Shown one piece after another: positions 1 through 12,824 of a stretch of DNA of 64,000 bases. Position 1 is the stretch's first letter. Each line of letters starts with the position of its first letter. The notes beneath the pieces are model-generated. The model was not told the DNA's origin. It made no database searches and saw only the letters and a program-made list of their open reading frames with translations. Position numbers and translations under genes: made by a program. The stretch is from Harriotta raleighana. Taxonomy: Eukaryota. The stretch is from NCBI GenBank assembly GCA_050575255.1, contig JBNZDD010013686.1:1441114-1505113 (forward strand), in the 5' to 3' direction.

Positions 1-3000
1 CTATAACTCCAGGAGGAGGCTATCCAACATAAATGCATAAGCAAACGCTATATAATTCACAACTACCATATTAGTAAATGTACAATTATTTGACAGCTTT
101 GGGACAAGATGCGTTTCCTGCTAGTTAAAAACACCCAAAAGATTTAGTTAGTGAAAATTTAAAGCAACTGTCATTTACAGGAAACAGTCTCCAGACCAAA
201 TTGCATTAAGTTAAGAGTTCAAATAGCATTGCCCAACCCTAGGGTGCTGTGAAAATACTGTTGATTCCTCTGTGTATGGTTTCAGGAAAAGAACTAAAGT
301 TCTCATTTCCCAAGTCACAGTTCAATGGTAAGAAGGAAACGCAAGGTTTTCTTCCACCTCCCCTTTCCCCCCCAGTCAATTTTCTTCAGGCAAATTATCA
401 TTTTTCCACCTCAAAATCATTTGCTTGTTCCCTCTTAATATTAGAAAAAATTGAGGATAAGGAGAAGCAAAATTAAATCAAGGCAATATTTTATACTGCG
501 GTTTGGAGGCTCACTGAAATCCAGTTATTTAATCTCATTGATTCTCACCATTCTATGAGATTAAATTACTGGATTTAATAGCAGTGAATTATCCGATTCC
601 AATAAGAAGTTCCGATTGTCATGTACTCTGAGAAGATATCCTTTTGGGATATATAGGCTTTCCTATGCAGCATTTCGTAAAATAATCCAGAATCAAAAGG
701 AGAGGAAAAAAAATCAAAAACATCAATCGACTCCTGATCATCCTCCAATGACTGTTTGGACCCTGCACTCATGTCAGCGAAGCAATGAGTACTTCATTGT
801 GTTTCCAAATGGAGCTACATCAGGAATGGTGATATCTGATGAGGCATTACTTTCAAATCACAACTGAACAACAAAGGGGGTTAATTTATGAGTCACAGAA
901 GAATTAGTAAAAGGCCAATCCAAGAGTATGTAGTGGCTAAGCCTTTGTGAGTGCCTTCGGACACGGACCTCACCAATGTCAATGTCCAAGTGAAGCTGCT
1001 TAGTTACCAACGACAAACAAACATTGAGCTGAAGTAAGAGGAATTCTGGAAGGTTTATTGCTATGAATGAGCCCAATCAGCCCATCATTATCTCTGTTGG
1101 TCGTTAGCTTCCCCCACTGGAGCATTCTGGTCCAAGTTCCATTCGTATGGTCTTTCCCCGTACCCTTTAATATTATTATCTGTCCTCTTATGGTAAATTT
1201 CCGATAACTGCTCCAAGGTATAAGAGCGCAGTGACGAGTTATCTGGAGTGGTGAGTTATGGATATATATATATATCTTTCTATATATATGTATAAATACA
1301 CACACATAAACAATTCTCTTTTTACTCAAAAGATCATTACTTATCCTCATTGAAACCATTCATAATTTCAAAGCTGCTCAACTAGTCATTACACTTTGCA
1401 GTGATAAATCCTGTGTGGTGCTTTGAGATACCTCAACAATTATGGTTTGACATTTATTTTGAGTGTAAATGTGGAATCATATATATTTTATTTAAAAGTT
1501 AATGCACTTCACGATACATTCTGTGAAGCACTTTGAGACACCTCAAAGACGTGCTGAGGCGCTAAATCAAATGCAAAGATTATAATTAGGTCCAGTTAGG
1601 TTTGGAGTAAGTCTGGTGAAAGCATGGTGATGTGTGGAGTATCACAAAGTTTACGGTATATTGACTGACAGCAACATACGGTATCTTGGCGTTGAAAGAT
1701 ATCTTTTAAATAAAGTTGCCAACCCACTTATAGCTCAGTAAAAAAATTCCTTGTTACACTCATGGTTACCCTACGATTAAATTAGCCTGACGGCATCATC
1801 GCTATAATTAAGTATGGGTGCTTGATGGACTTATCCTGCATGAATTAGGTTACTGTAGATTTGTAACAGTACACATGCAATAACTCCACCGAAAGCCTAA
1901 CCCAACCATTGGCTGATCTGATATCATCATCTCACTATTAATCAGTAATTAGTCTTAAATAAAATGGCATTTGTAAATTGCATTTCAGTTTACAGATTTT
2001 CTGTTCAAATTGATGTGCCCTAACTAACAATTCCCCGCAAACAAAAAAAAGGTCCTTCACCTCCTGGCTGTTGGCGTAGGACATTGCTTTGTGCAAATTG
2101 TCTACCACATCCAGCTACAAAACACACAAACAGTCTATTTTTTACCCTTGGGAGTAAATCTTGTGAAGCACTTAGAGATGCCTCAACAACGGGATATGGG
2201 GCTGGGTCAAGTGAAAGAATTATTATGGATATTTTCAGTCTGCTGGACACAAGTGTGTGGCTCAATTAAAAGAAAGGCATCTAATTAAAGTAACTCATAA
2301 ACATATTGCATAAAACTTCACAGAAATGACTCAGTAGTGCCAAACCAAGATAAACTGAACAGCAACTGGGCAGTGAAGGTTAATGGCCACAGCCACTGCT
2401 CATTACCAACAGAAATAGTAACCATTAAATTCACTGCTGCAATAAAGCTCCGATGAGGTAAACTTTCCTTTCCAAATTCAAAGGCACAGGTTACTGTATG
2501 CGCATGATTCCAATGAAGCTGCTTAATTCTGGGCAATGGTGGGGGGTGGGGAAGAGAGAGGGTTATCAGAGATGCACACCTTTCATCTTTGTGCCAGCAG
2601 CAAATGTCTTTAGGCGTGAAAAATCACTCCCCTTCCCGATATTTGCATGCAGAACACACACTTTCAAGTAGGCAGACTCTTTCACTCACACCAATAAAGG
2701 AAGGGCCAGCTGAATTCAAAAAGAATGCTCGAGTCACTTTCTGAATTTAACAGCAAATGCTCTCTAGTGATGTTATATTAAGTCAGAAGGACCAGCCTGC
2801 TATGCATTGAAGAACCCAATCTCAACCAGACAGCACTGGCAACAGCCACTAATCTCAGCATTTCTGGGTTAGATTAAGAAAAAAAAGGTTTGCCAAGTGC
2901 GAGACTGGTCCCTTTGCTAAAACTAAACACAATATATTCCCATACAAAGATGTGACTCACGTCCATTATTTAATCTTGTTGGGAGTGTCAATATGCACCA

Positions 3001-5921
3001 GAGATGCAGAACTGCTCTAAACATAATTTTGCAATTAGTGCCACTTCTTTTCTGGTCAGTTCAGTCAGTTTGTGCTGCAAAACATACTAAATTGGTATGT
3101 AAAATTGTGTTTGCCAGTTATCACTTTCCCTGCCGCATTCAAAATCTATTGGTTGCTGCTGATTGTGCTTGTCCAATTCCCAAAGCAGGCCTTCAGTGAA
3201 GAGCTAACCTTTGTTGATGCGAAAAAAAAGATGTACAGTACAAAAAATATTTGGTATAAAAAGACATTACAAACATCACATTGGTGAATAAAGGACTGCT
3301 TGGCTGAATTCAAAAAGAATACTCAGTCACTATTCTAGTATTTGCTTGGTCTGGAGAAAAGCAGACTTGGTCTGTGTTGTGACAGCAGCCCTGGATTCAG
3401 TTGAATGCTCCCAACATTTCGCATTTTTCTGCCATTCAGTCATGCATTTTTGTTATTGTTGAAAGAGGTGCGAAATTACACTGCATAAGATGAAGACCTT
3501 GGTGGTCTCCCAAAGGATTCAAGCAAAAAAGCCAGCCCCTTTGTTCATTGGGAGAATGCAATCCATTTGGCCATTCAAACGAGAAATAAAAGCAACAGGC
3601 CTGGGAAGGGATGGAAGAGAATAAGAGATGAAACAGAAGTGGGGGTAGGGGTGGAATAGTTTGGGTGTAATTATATTGTTAGCACTTCATATAGCTGGAT
3701 GCAAACAATATCTTGCCATAATGTTTCAGAGTAAATGTTTTAAGTTTAATGCGTTTGATGCTTAATGTGTGAATCTGTTGTTATTATATAAATGTGGCTG
3801 ACTTTAACCCAGGCTCTCTTCCGTAACCTTGTCTTAAAATATCAAATCAAAATGGCTCAGGAGAGTAGAGTAGACATCAAATCTACACAATGTCTAATGA
3901 TTGCAGGTATACAGGTCAAACTTCTCTTTACAAACTTTGTTTTACTTGGCTGAACAATTCAGGAGCTCGAGGAGGAAATCCCATGCACTACATTAACATT
4001 CCACTGGCAAGATTCACACAGAGCATTCCATAACTAAAGTGGACCAACCATGGACCAATCTTCTCTTTCAGCAATTCATCTTAAACAGTTTCATCCACAC
4101 ACAATCTCATACCGTGACTTACACAGGAAACCAATCCACCAAAGACTGGCCTGAGAAATGAAATGTCCTAAGAAATTTAAACTTTTCCACAACAAAAAAA
4201 CATCTTCGCGTAGACTGGGCAAGGGGATTTTAAAAATATATATGTATAAATATATATAAAATAATCATTTAGGCAAGGCACAATGCAAAAAAAGCTTGAA
4301 ATGAATGCAATGTGTCATATTTTTCCTTGATAGCACTTAAATTACTGTAGTAATGATCATTAATTAACCTTACATAGTGTTCATCTTTACCAACTTGGTG
4401 ATTCCGACTAAGTAAATAACACGTTAAAGGGTGTTGGGGTTTTTTTTGGGGGGGGTGGGGGGGGGAACGGTTTCATCTATGAAGGACCATTACTTGCTTA
4501 AATAAAATTCTGAAGTAATGAAACCAAGGCAGAATCTGGCCTCGTTTCATCAAGTAATGCATTACTTCAATTTCCATTTATTTGTCCGATTACATTTGCA
4601 TTCCCACCTCCAGTCAAATTCTTCCTTATTCCTGGTCAAATTATTTACTCGGGGAGCTTGGAATGCACACCCTTCCTGTGATTTCGATTTTTCACAATCA
4701 ATCAATTAGCCAAATATTTATCAAGAGAGACAATTATGGCATATATTGAAAACGAGTGCTCTTTCATCTTTCCTCAAACGAAATCTGCACTGCCATACAG
4801 CCTTCCAATGCAATCTCTCTTTAGCTGTGTGCATCTAATTAATCAGTGCAAAAGCAGAATTCTTTTGCACACTAAAACCATCCTGGTGTGGGGGGGGGGG
4901 GGGGGGGGGGGGGGGGNTTGGGGACTGCTTAAAAACAATAGCCCAAGAGCTTTGCCTTTCACACCTGAAGTGCAAAGACACGAACAAATTTTCCACAGGA
5001 TTAGATTTCAACACTAGCTCCACGACTCTCAAACAAAGAAGATTAAGATTTCCTGTAATCGGCCTTTTCAATGGCTTAATTGTGAAGGTAATTAGGATAC
5101 ATTAAAAAAAACACAGCAAAACATCTTGCCACATAGCATTTGGGTTCCTCCTGTTCCCAATTAACAATTTCCCCCTACCCCACCCCCACCCCATTCCCCC
5201 AATTGATTCGGTCTTTGAACAAAAATGTATAGGATTTTTCTCTCTCTCTCTCTCTCTCTACTCTTTTTGTTAAAAAGTGGTGGGGTAGGGGGGGAATTTA
5301 GAATTTAACTTCAGTTAGCAGTGTGAAGTTTAAAATCCAAGTTAATCATGTAGTCATCGGTTTGATCGTTACATTTGATCCGTCGACTCTTTCTCAGAAT
5401 GAGTTCAGAAGCAGTTCAGAAATTTAGGCTGTTGGGGAAGTTGAATCTACTTTCTTGCCACAAACACACACACACACAAAAACATTCAGTTTTAACTGCA
5501 AAAAAAAGGGCAGACAACGCAAAAGTCTCGTCTCCCATCGTGCCTGACTGCCTGAACCATTTAATAATCCCCAAAGCAAAACCATACAAGTGTCTCCACA
5601 AGTATCCAGTCTGTTCAGTTAAATCAGTCTCCAGAAATTCCAAGCAAGTCTTGCTCACATGAATCTGCACATTCAGCCCCTATTACAGCTCCCAGTTGCT
5701 CCAAAGTTAATTGCAATCCATCCACTTACTTCATTCAGCAAAGAACAAGGTGTTTTAAAATGCTTTGAACGTCGCATACATGTTGCTTAATAGATTATTT
5801 TTATTATATATATGTAAATATACTTTTTTTTAAAAAATACTTTTTGCTTTTCAAAGCGTTACCAGGTCTCTCTCCCACCCCCCCTCCCCCCTCCCCCCAA
5901 AACAAAAATACACACACTTAC

Positions 5922-6078
5922 CAGATATTTCTTGGTAAGGGACATCGTTGTGGTTGAAACCTTTGGAGCTGTAAGCTTGTCTAACTTCTGTGCAGCTGCG
6001 AGTTTGCAATTGCCCAAGAACTGAGGCACAAATCACAGCTAAAGTGCAAAGAATCGTGGAGACATGAATCCAAGACAT
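5922..6078 (-). CDS. GPC4: Glypican-4/6 subfamily, coding exon 1 (signal peptide plus first conserved Cys); best guess GPC4, GPC6 not excluded
   Basis: ATG at 6078 reads MSWIHVSTILCTLAVICASVLGQLQTRSCTEVRQAYSSKGFNHNDVPYQEIS(G) and ends at a phase-1 donor TCTG|gtaagtg (157 bp). LCTLAV and SKGFNxND recall GPC4; MSWI, RQAY and PYQEI recall GPC6. Family is near-certain; paralog is about 60/40. Confidence 0.85.
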
Positions 6079-6127
6079 GATCACAGAGAGGGAGAGAAAT
6101 GCACTGAAAGAACTTAGCACCAAGTTT

Positions 6128-6646
6128 TAGTGAGTGAGTGAGTGAGTGTGCGTGTGTGTGTGGGGGGGGGGGGGGGGGGNNNNNNNNNGGCTGGCTGGGG
6201 GGGGGGAGAGGATTGTGTGTGTGTGAGTCAGTAAAAGAGAGTGTGGGAGTCAATGAGTGAGTGACTGAGTGTGAATCAGTGAAAGTCAGTCAGTGAAAGA
6301 GTGAAAGTGGGAGTGAGTGAGTGTGTGTGGGAATGAATGAGTGCGAGTGAATGTGAGAGTGTGAGTGAGTGAGTGAAAGAAAGAGGGAGTGAATGAGAGG
6401 GAGTGAGTGAGTCAGTGAGAGTGTGAGTGAACGAGAGTGCGAGTGAATGTGTGAGAGTGTGTGTGTGTTAGTGAAAGAGTGAGTCAGTGAGTGTGTGAGT
6501 GAATGAGAGTGCGAGTGAATGTGAGTTAGTGGGGGGAAAAAAAAGAGTGAGTGAATGAGAGTGTGAGTGAATGAGAGTGTGAGTGAGTTAGTGAAGTGAG
6601 TGAGTGAGTCGGTCAGTGTGTGAGAGAGAGAAAGAATGAGTGAATG
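6128..6646. repeat. Degenerate (GTGA)n/(GAGT)n low-complexity repeat with poly-G
   Basis: Direct inspection; it explains the spurious His/Ser/Leu/Thr-rich ORFs. Confidence 0.9.
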
Positions 6647-6793
6647 AGCTGGGCCTCGCCGTCGTTTGAAGAAAATCCCAGTCTGTACAAAGGAGAGCAA
6701 AGCCCACGGTATCCAGTGACAGGGAGGGAGGGAGGGGGGGGGGGGAGGGAGAGGGAGGGAGGGGGGNGGAGAGGGAGGGAGGTTCTCTTTGCC

Positions 6794-7313
6794 TTGTGGT
6801 CTGTCACAGATTGACTGGGTGTTGAGCCAGCGACGAGGCTGAACTTTCCTTTTCCTTCCAATTAAACACCAACCCGACTTCTTCTCAAGTCTTGTAAAAG
6901 TTTACGAAAGCTTAGTCGCCAGATTGCTGTGTGTGTGTGTCTTATGTGTCTCTGCGTCTGTCTGTCTCTGTGTGTGTCTGTGCTGCCTCTGTCTGTCTAT
7001 CTATCTGTGTGTGTGTGTGTGTGTGTCTGGACTCTCACACACACACACACACNTTGTGGTCTGTCACAGATTGACTGGGTGTTGAGCCAGCGACGAGGCT
7101 GAACTTTCCTTTTCCTTCCAATTAAACACCAACCCGACTTCTTCTCAAGTCTTGTAAAAGTTTACGAAAGCTTAGTCGCCAGATTGCTGTGTGTGTGTGT
7201 GTCTTCTGTGTCTCTGCGTCTGTCTGTCTCTGTGTGTGTCTGTGCTGCCTCTGTCTATCTATCTATCTGTCTGTGTGTGTGTGTGTGTCTGGACTCTCAC
7301 ACACACACACACA
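6794..7313. other. Near-identical ~260 bp tandem duplication across a single N (probable assembly artefact)
   Basis: 6794-7052 is repeated at 7054-7313, with N at 7053. Copies differ mainly in microsatellite length plus a few substitutions. Confidence 0.8.
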
Positions 7314-7884
7314 CGCTCACTCCACACTCAAACTTCTGTCTCTTCACCGACCTTTCCCTATGGTTCACCACGACTGGATTCTATCAAAACTGGGTTTGTT
7401 ACAAAGATCCGCGATGGAGAAAACGTGGACTGGAGTGTAACGTAGAGAGAGTGAGAGAGAGAGAGAGAGAGAGAGTGTGGTGGAAGGAGGGGAGAAAAGA
7501 GACAGTGGGGAGGAAGATTGGGTGGGTGGATTTAGCTTTGAAGTGTCTTAAAGCCTTGTATTTCTTCTCATTTAATATCTGGGGCAAATGGTGACAAATC
7601 TCTAACCCAACCGAATGCTACCAGGGTGGCTGGTGGGACTGGATGGTGATCAGTGAGCCAGGGGGGAGGAAGATTCACTGACTGCTTTCACTTAGTTATG
7701 GTTGTCACCCATTCATTTCTTTTTTTATTTTAAAAAAAATAAAGTGAATCCAGTTCAGAAATCCAGTCCCATTGCCAACTTTCTTTGTGTCTCCAAGTCA
7801 AGCTGTGGCACAAACCAGCCGTCTGTCAGTCATATATATATATAGAGAGAGAGATATATATATACTGTATATTTACACATGTAT

Positions 7885-7977
7885 ACAATCAATTCACTTT
7901 ACACTATATTCTGTGAAGCACTTTGAAGTGTCTAGAAGATGTGAAAAGTGATACTATCAAATGCAAGGATTATTATG
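7885..7977 (+). mobile_element. 3' tail fragment of the tRNA/Deu SINE (L2-derived tail)
   Basis: tcaattcacttt...ctgtgaagcactttga...atcaaatgcaaggattattat, shared with full copies in this window. Confidence 0.75.
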
Positions 7978-8002
7978 ATCGATAGATAGATAGATAGATA
8001 AT

Positions 8003-8308
8003 CAATCCTTGCATTTGATATAGCGCTTTTCACATCGTATAGACGTCCCAAAGCGCTTCACAGAATATGCCGTAAAGTGAATTGACTTTTTTTGTGTGGG
8101 CGGAACGCGGCAGCCAATTGCGCACAGCAGTGTCCCACAAACAGTCGTGGATTTAAATCACCAATTTTATTGTTTTTTTGGGGGGAGGGATTATTATTAG
8201 GCATGTGGAGTAAGGAAACTTGCCCAAGGTTTCGCCCTGATCTGCCTGGATTTGGATACATGTCTCACACTTGTAAGGCGAGTGCTCTAACTACTGAGCC
8301 ACAGGAGC
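8003..8308 (-). mobile_element. tRNA-headed SINE with partial Deu domain and L2 tail
   Basis: Reverse complement has A box (TGGCTCAGTAGTTAGAGC), a gtgggacactgctgtgcgcaattggctgccgcg core and an L2-type 3' tail. Confidence 0.85.
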
Positions 8309-8313
8309 CCCAC

Positions 8314-8630
8314 AATAATAATAATAATGCTTACATTTGATATAGCGCTTTTCATATCTTATCAACGTCCCAAAGCACTTCATAGAATACACTGTAAAGT
8401 GAATTGACTGTATATTTGTGGGTGGAATGCGGCAGCCAATTGCACACAGCAGTGTCCCACAAACAGTCGTGGATTGAAATGACCAATTTTATTATTGTGG
8501 TTTTTTTGGAGGCATTATTATTAGGCATGTGGAGTAAGGAAACTTGCCCAAGGTTTCACCCTGATCTGCCCTGGATTTGAACACAGGTCTCATGCTTGTA
8601 AACGAGTGCTCAAACCACTGAGCCACAGGA
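8314..8630 (-). mobile_element. Second tandem copy of the same SINE
   Basis: Same head/core/tail with an (ATT)n tail, abutting the head of the previous copy. Confidence 0.85.
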
Positions 8631-8769
8631 ATTCCACGAGTATCGTGTGCAAGTGTCCAGCAAACTAAACAGTGCAAACTAAACATGGCATGAGTGCCAA
8701 TGTTTGTGGGACTGTTGGCAGTTTGAATCATATCCACCAGAGATTGATTGAGACTTTGCTCCAGAATAA

Positions 8770-9205
8770 AAACAATAATAAAACTTGCATTTGATATAGT
8801 GCTTTTCACATCTTCCAGAGGTCTCAAAGCGCTTCACAGAATATTGGAAAGTGAATCGACTGTATATTGGTGGGCAAAACGCAGCAGCCAATTGCATATG
8901 CAGTGTCCCCCAGACAGTCGAGGATTGAAATGACCAATTTTCTTTAGAGGGATTATTATTAGGCATGTGGAGCAAGGAAACTTGCTCAAGATTTCGCCCT
9001 ACCTGGAATTGAACCCAGATCTCTCGCTTGTANCATATGCAGTGTTCCCCAGACAGTCGAGGATTGAAATGACCAATTTTCTTTAGAGGGATTATTATTA
9101 GGCATGTGGAGCAAGGAAACTTGCTCAAGATTTCGCCCTACCTGGAATTGAACCCAGATCTCTCGCTTGTAAGGCGAGTGCTCTAACCACTGAGCTACAG
9201 GACTC
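8770..9205 (-). mobile_element. Third SINE copy, containing a false ~138 bp duplication at N 9033
   Basis: Head (rc) gagtcctgtagctcagtggttagagcactcgccttacaagcgag. 8895-9032 is repeated at 9034-9172. Confidence 0.85.
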
Positions 9206-11294
9206 CATAAAGTTATTCCAGATTAAGAACAACATGAATAAAATGGTGGGGAAACATGATAAGTAGAGACTTCCCCCAAGTCAGTTCACCTTTGATCCAA
9301 ACAACCATCACCACATAGGTCTGAGCTAGAGTCCAATCTATATCCCAGACATGAAATAATAACATGTACAGCACCATTCAGCCTTCTCACATGTGAGTGT
9401 GAACCATTGAAACATATTATTTCAAGTTAGTGACATTACAAAGTCCCTAAACCATACCAGATAAAACATTGTCCAAAATGCTGTTCAAGGTTATGGCACA
9501 TTGAGGTGCTGACAGAATATCATACATTAAAAGATGAAAGCATGAACCATCATTTAATGTGATATGTTCCACTGTAAAGGATTACATTCCAGGTACTGTC
9601 ATTTTCAACATACGATATAGAGAAATCGTGATTGCCCAACAGATGCTTTTTCATATTTTGCTGGTGAAGATGACATTGTGGTTGGCAATGAAGAACAAGT
9701 TCTCATGGAGAATCTCATAACCTCAGAAAGCATTCATATTTATTTTACTAGCTGATATAGGGTACATCACAGTTACTATACAATACAGTTCTAGGATACT
9801 CTCCATGTAACTATAAAATCAGTCATTAAGTATTATAATTCTAAATGCTTTTTTAAAAAGAAGACCTTTCCTTCTTTCTATCTAACTTGCTCAATGTAAT
9901 TATTGCTGCTTAAATCTCACTACGATGCCTAATCAATTCACATTGTCAGATTTAACTGTAAAAGGTGGCCATTTGTCACTTTCAGTTCTGACAAGCGTGC
10001 CTGAAAATCAATTAAAATGGTAACCTCCTAAAGAACATTAAATTGTTGTATTTGTATTATTGACAAAGAATAATCAATAAAAGTGTTTTTCAAGAAAATA
10101 ACACTCTTCAGGGTTAAAATGACTTGATAAAATGTTTGTTTTATACTGATATTTTCTGGCAGCCATTCAAGACTTTTGTTTTATTGTGACATTGTAATTG
10201 CAGGCTCTTTGTTTATCCCACATGTGGCGCATTTCAATTATCTTGTATTTATTTACTATGTGATTCATCTGAAAGGTTCTGAGAATATTATGAAACAAAA
10301 TGTCAACAAAACATGTTTTTGATGAAACATTACTAACTTTATATAGAAGAACAGTGGATGTTGGAGTGGAAACTTGAGACCATAGTATATTCTTCGAGTG
10401 TACGATGCCATAAAACTTAAGAAGATAACTCAAATCTTTATATTCACACACCAAATAGTGAGACCAGATTAAAGCCCCAAATTACTTTTTTTTATTTCTA
10501 ATACATCCTGCATGCTTGTTGATATCATTGAGTTTTCGAGGCATAATATTTTTAGGTGTGCCTCTGTGTCTGCAAACTTTTTTTAGTTCCTAAATTGCAG
10601 TCAACGCCAATTTATTTCTGTTCAGTATATTGTGGTTCTGGGATGGATGGCTAAAAATATCCCTCCCTGTCAGTAACAGTGATAAAAAGAGATTTGACAC
10701 AAGCAAGTGCTGACACATTTTGGCAAGTCCAAAACTAAAATGGGTAAAGGTTAGGGGCCCAGGTGGAATGGCATCATGCCTTCTATTTTAATTCATTTGA
10801 AAACCATAACAACTTTAATAACTAAGGCCTCTCCTTCATAGAATACAGAACAAGTGAATATTCTTCATACGGGAGTCTAAACGATAACTGTCCTAAGGTG
10901 TTTTGATTTGGTTGACCAACACAGCCAAACCCTAATCCTCTCCGAAATTCCATACAGATACATGTCCCAATAGTTAAGCGATCAGGAGCAGGAACTCTGG
11001 CTGACATTTCCCTTTCCTAGCCAAAAGCCCTGGAATCAATTGCAGTGTAACTAGTATTACAACTAGAGAATTTAGCTGTGATTAAATATAGGATCTTTGT
11101 GGTCTGTATGCCTGAGCAGCACACCACACATCAGTTTCCCACAAGTCAACTGGAAAGTTGGTATTGATGTTTCAGGGACTTATGCATTTCTATCATGAAC
11201 TGACACCACAAAGCAGGGCAGTATGATAGTTACAGAGAGGGAAAAACTCTATCTCCCTTCCAGCTTGGGTTCTCTCTCCATCTCTGTAAAGCAC

Positions 11295-11757
11295 TTTGTC
11301 CTCACATATAAAGTCCTCCATAACCTCGCCCCACCCTACATCTATGACCTCCTATCCCCTTACCAATCTGCCTGCCTCCTCTGCTCAGCAGACTCTGGCC
11401 TGCTCCATGTCCCCCAACCCACCTGCTCAACCATTGGTGGGCGAGCCTTCAGTCACTCTGCCCCCAATCTCTGGAACTCTATCCCGAAGTGCCTCCACCT
11501 CGCCTCCCTGGACTTCTTACAAGTCTCGCCTCAAGACTCTCCTTTTCGATTGTCCTATNNNNNNNNNNNNNNNNNNNNNNNNNNNNNNNNNNNNNNNNNN
11601 NNNNNNNNNNNNNNNNNNNNNNNNNNNNNNNTCCCCCCCCCCCCCCCCCACCCCGTACTTAGCTCGGGATCTGAAGCAGTAATCTGTCCAGCACCTTGGG
11701 ACGTTCTCCTGACGTGAAAGGCTCTATATAAATGTAATTTTGTTGTTGTTGTTGTTT
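11295..11757 (+). mobile_element. L2-clade LINE 3' end (5'-truncated)
   Basis: Encodes VLTYKVLHNLAPPY...GGRAFSHSAPNLWNSIP (L2 ORF2 C-terminus), then 3' motif gggacgttctcctgacgtgaaagg and a (TTG)n tail. Confidence 0.9.
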
Positions 11758-12824
11758 GAGGCAATCTCCCTACATGAAATACATATTATGAGGGAAAACT
11801 GTAATTGTTAAAACATAAGTAGATAATGAAAACATACAGTTATTTCATCTGATCTATAAGTATATAGGTGGGATTAAAATAAACATTGAGCAAGACAATC
11901 AATGAAAGATTGTTTTCTTCAGATCAGTGGATGTGGGGAACAGATTCCCCAGTAAATGCAATTGATGCTCCAACAGTTAGCTCATTTATCTGATTGAGAA
12001 CACAATTTACGGTTTGGGATTCTGTATAAACTAAAATCATTAAATACCTATAGCACTAAATGACTTCTGCGCTGTTCACAGGCTTAGTTTAAGTATTGTG
12101 AAGTTGTGCTTGAGTTATTTTTGGTAGTCAAAGAGTACGAATAGAGAAATGTTCCTCCAGAAAAACATTGAGTGGGATATGGCACATGGGAAGGAGCAGG
12201 ACAGAATGGACAGTTTTTATTCATGAGTTTCCCATCTTTTTATCATTGGTTTAGGTTTACATAAAACTAACTGCTGTGAGTAAAGCAAATTAAGCAAGAT
12301 ATTTAAGATAGATTTTAAAATATTTTTACAGAAATCCAGTTTGTATCGATGCCATCATGCATGATGCAAGTAAAGTAACATCATTCATTGAAACAATAAG
12401 AAAGTGGATTTGTAAATTTAATATACCAGTATAAGGTTTGATTTAAATTCATGACCCTGCAGTGAAGTAAGGACTGACATAAATGTTGAACAAATAATAT
12501 ACATGTTTATTAATTCAGACTACTGATACGTGGTTTGTTTTATAACCCAATATTTTTTGTTATTAAATCCCCGCTTAAGCTTATTTTCTTTACTTGAATA
12601 CTTTTCCTTGTGATCATTTTTAACTAGCAATGGCTGCTTCTTTTAGTTTCCATTTCTTCTCTTTTATTTGACTATTCTCTTTGCAGTTCATCCATAAGAT
12701 CACTAACCTTATCCTCTTCACTATTATTCTATCCCTTAATTCTGCAAAGATTCATCCACAAGGTTCAATACTTAAATTTGCCGCATGCCTTGAATATTGT
12801 GAATATTCATGCCTTTATCATGTA

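Larger units (their letters stand above)
6079..7800 (-). promoter_or_regulatory. 5' leader and proximal promoter region of the GPC4/6-type gene
   Basis: Lies immediately upstream of the ATG, with locally higher GC/CpG, G-tracts and GA/TC repeats. No minus-strand ATG seen between 6079 and 7568. TSS cannot be placed. Confidence 0.5.

Noticed and set aside
5851-6123. 90-aa ORF with an upstream non-ATG start and read-through past the donor
   Set aside because: The ATG at 6078 gives a normal-length signal peptide, and a consensus gtaagt donor at 5921 ends the exon.
6290-7594. His/Ser/Leu/Thr- and Cys/Val-rich ORFs
   Set aside because: These are translations of (GTGA)n, (GT)n and (TCTG)n microsatellites.
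8895-9172. Internal tandem duplication within a SINE as a biological event
   Set aside because: The junction coincides with a single N and the copies are nearly identical, indicating a contig-overlap artefact.
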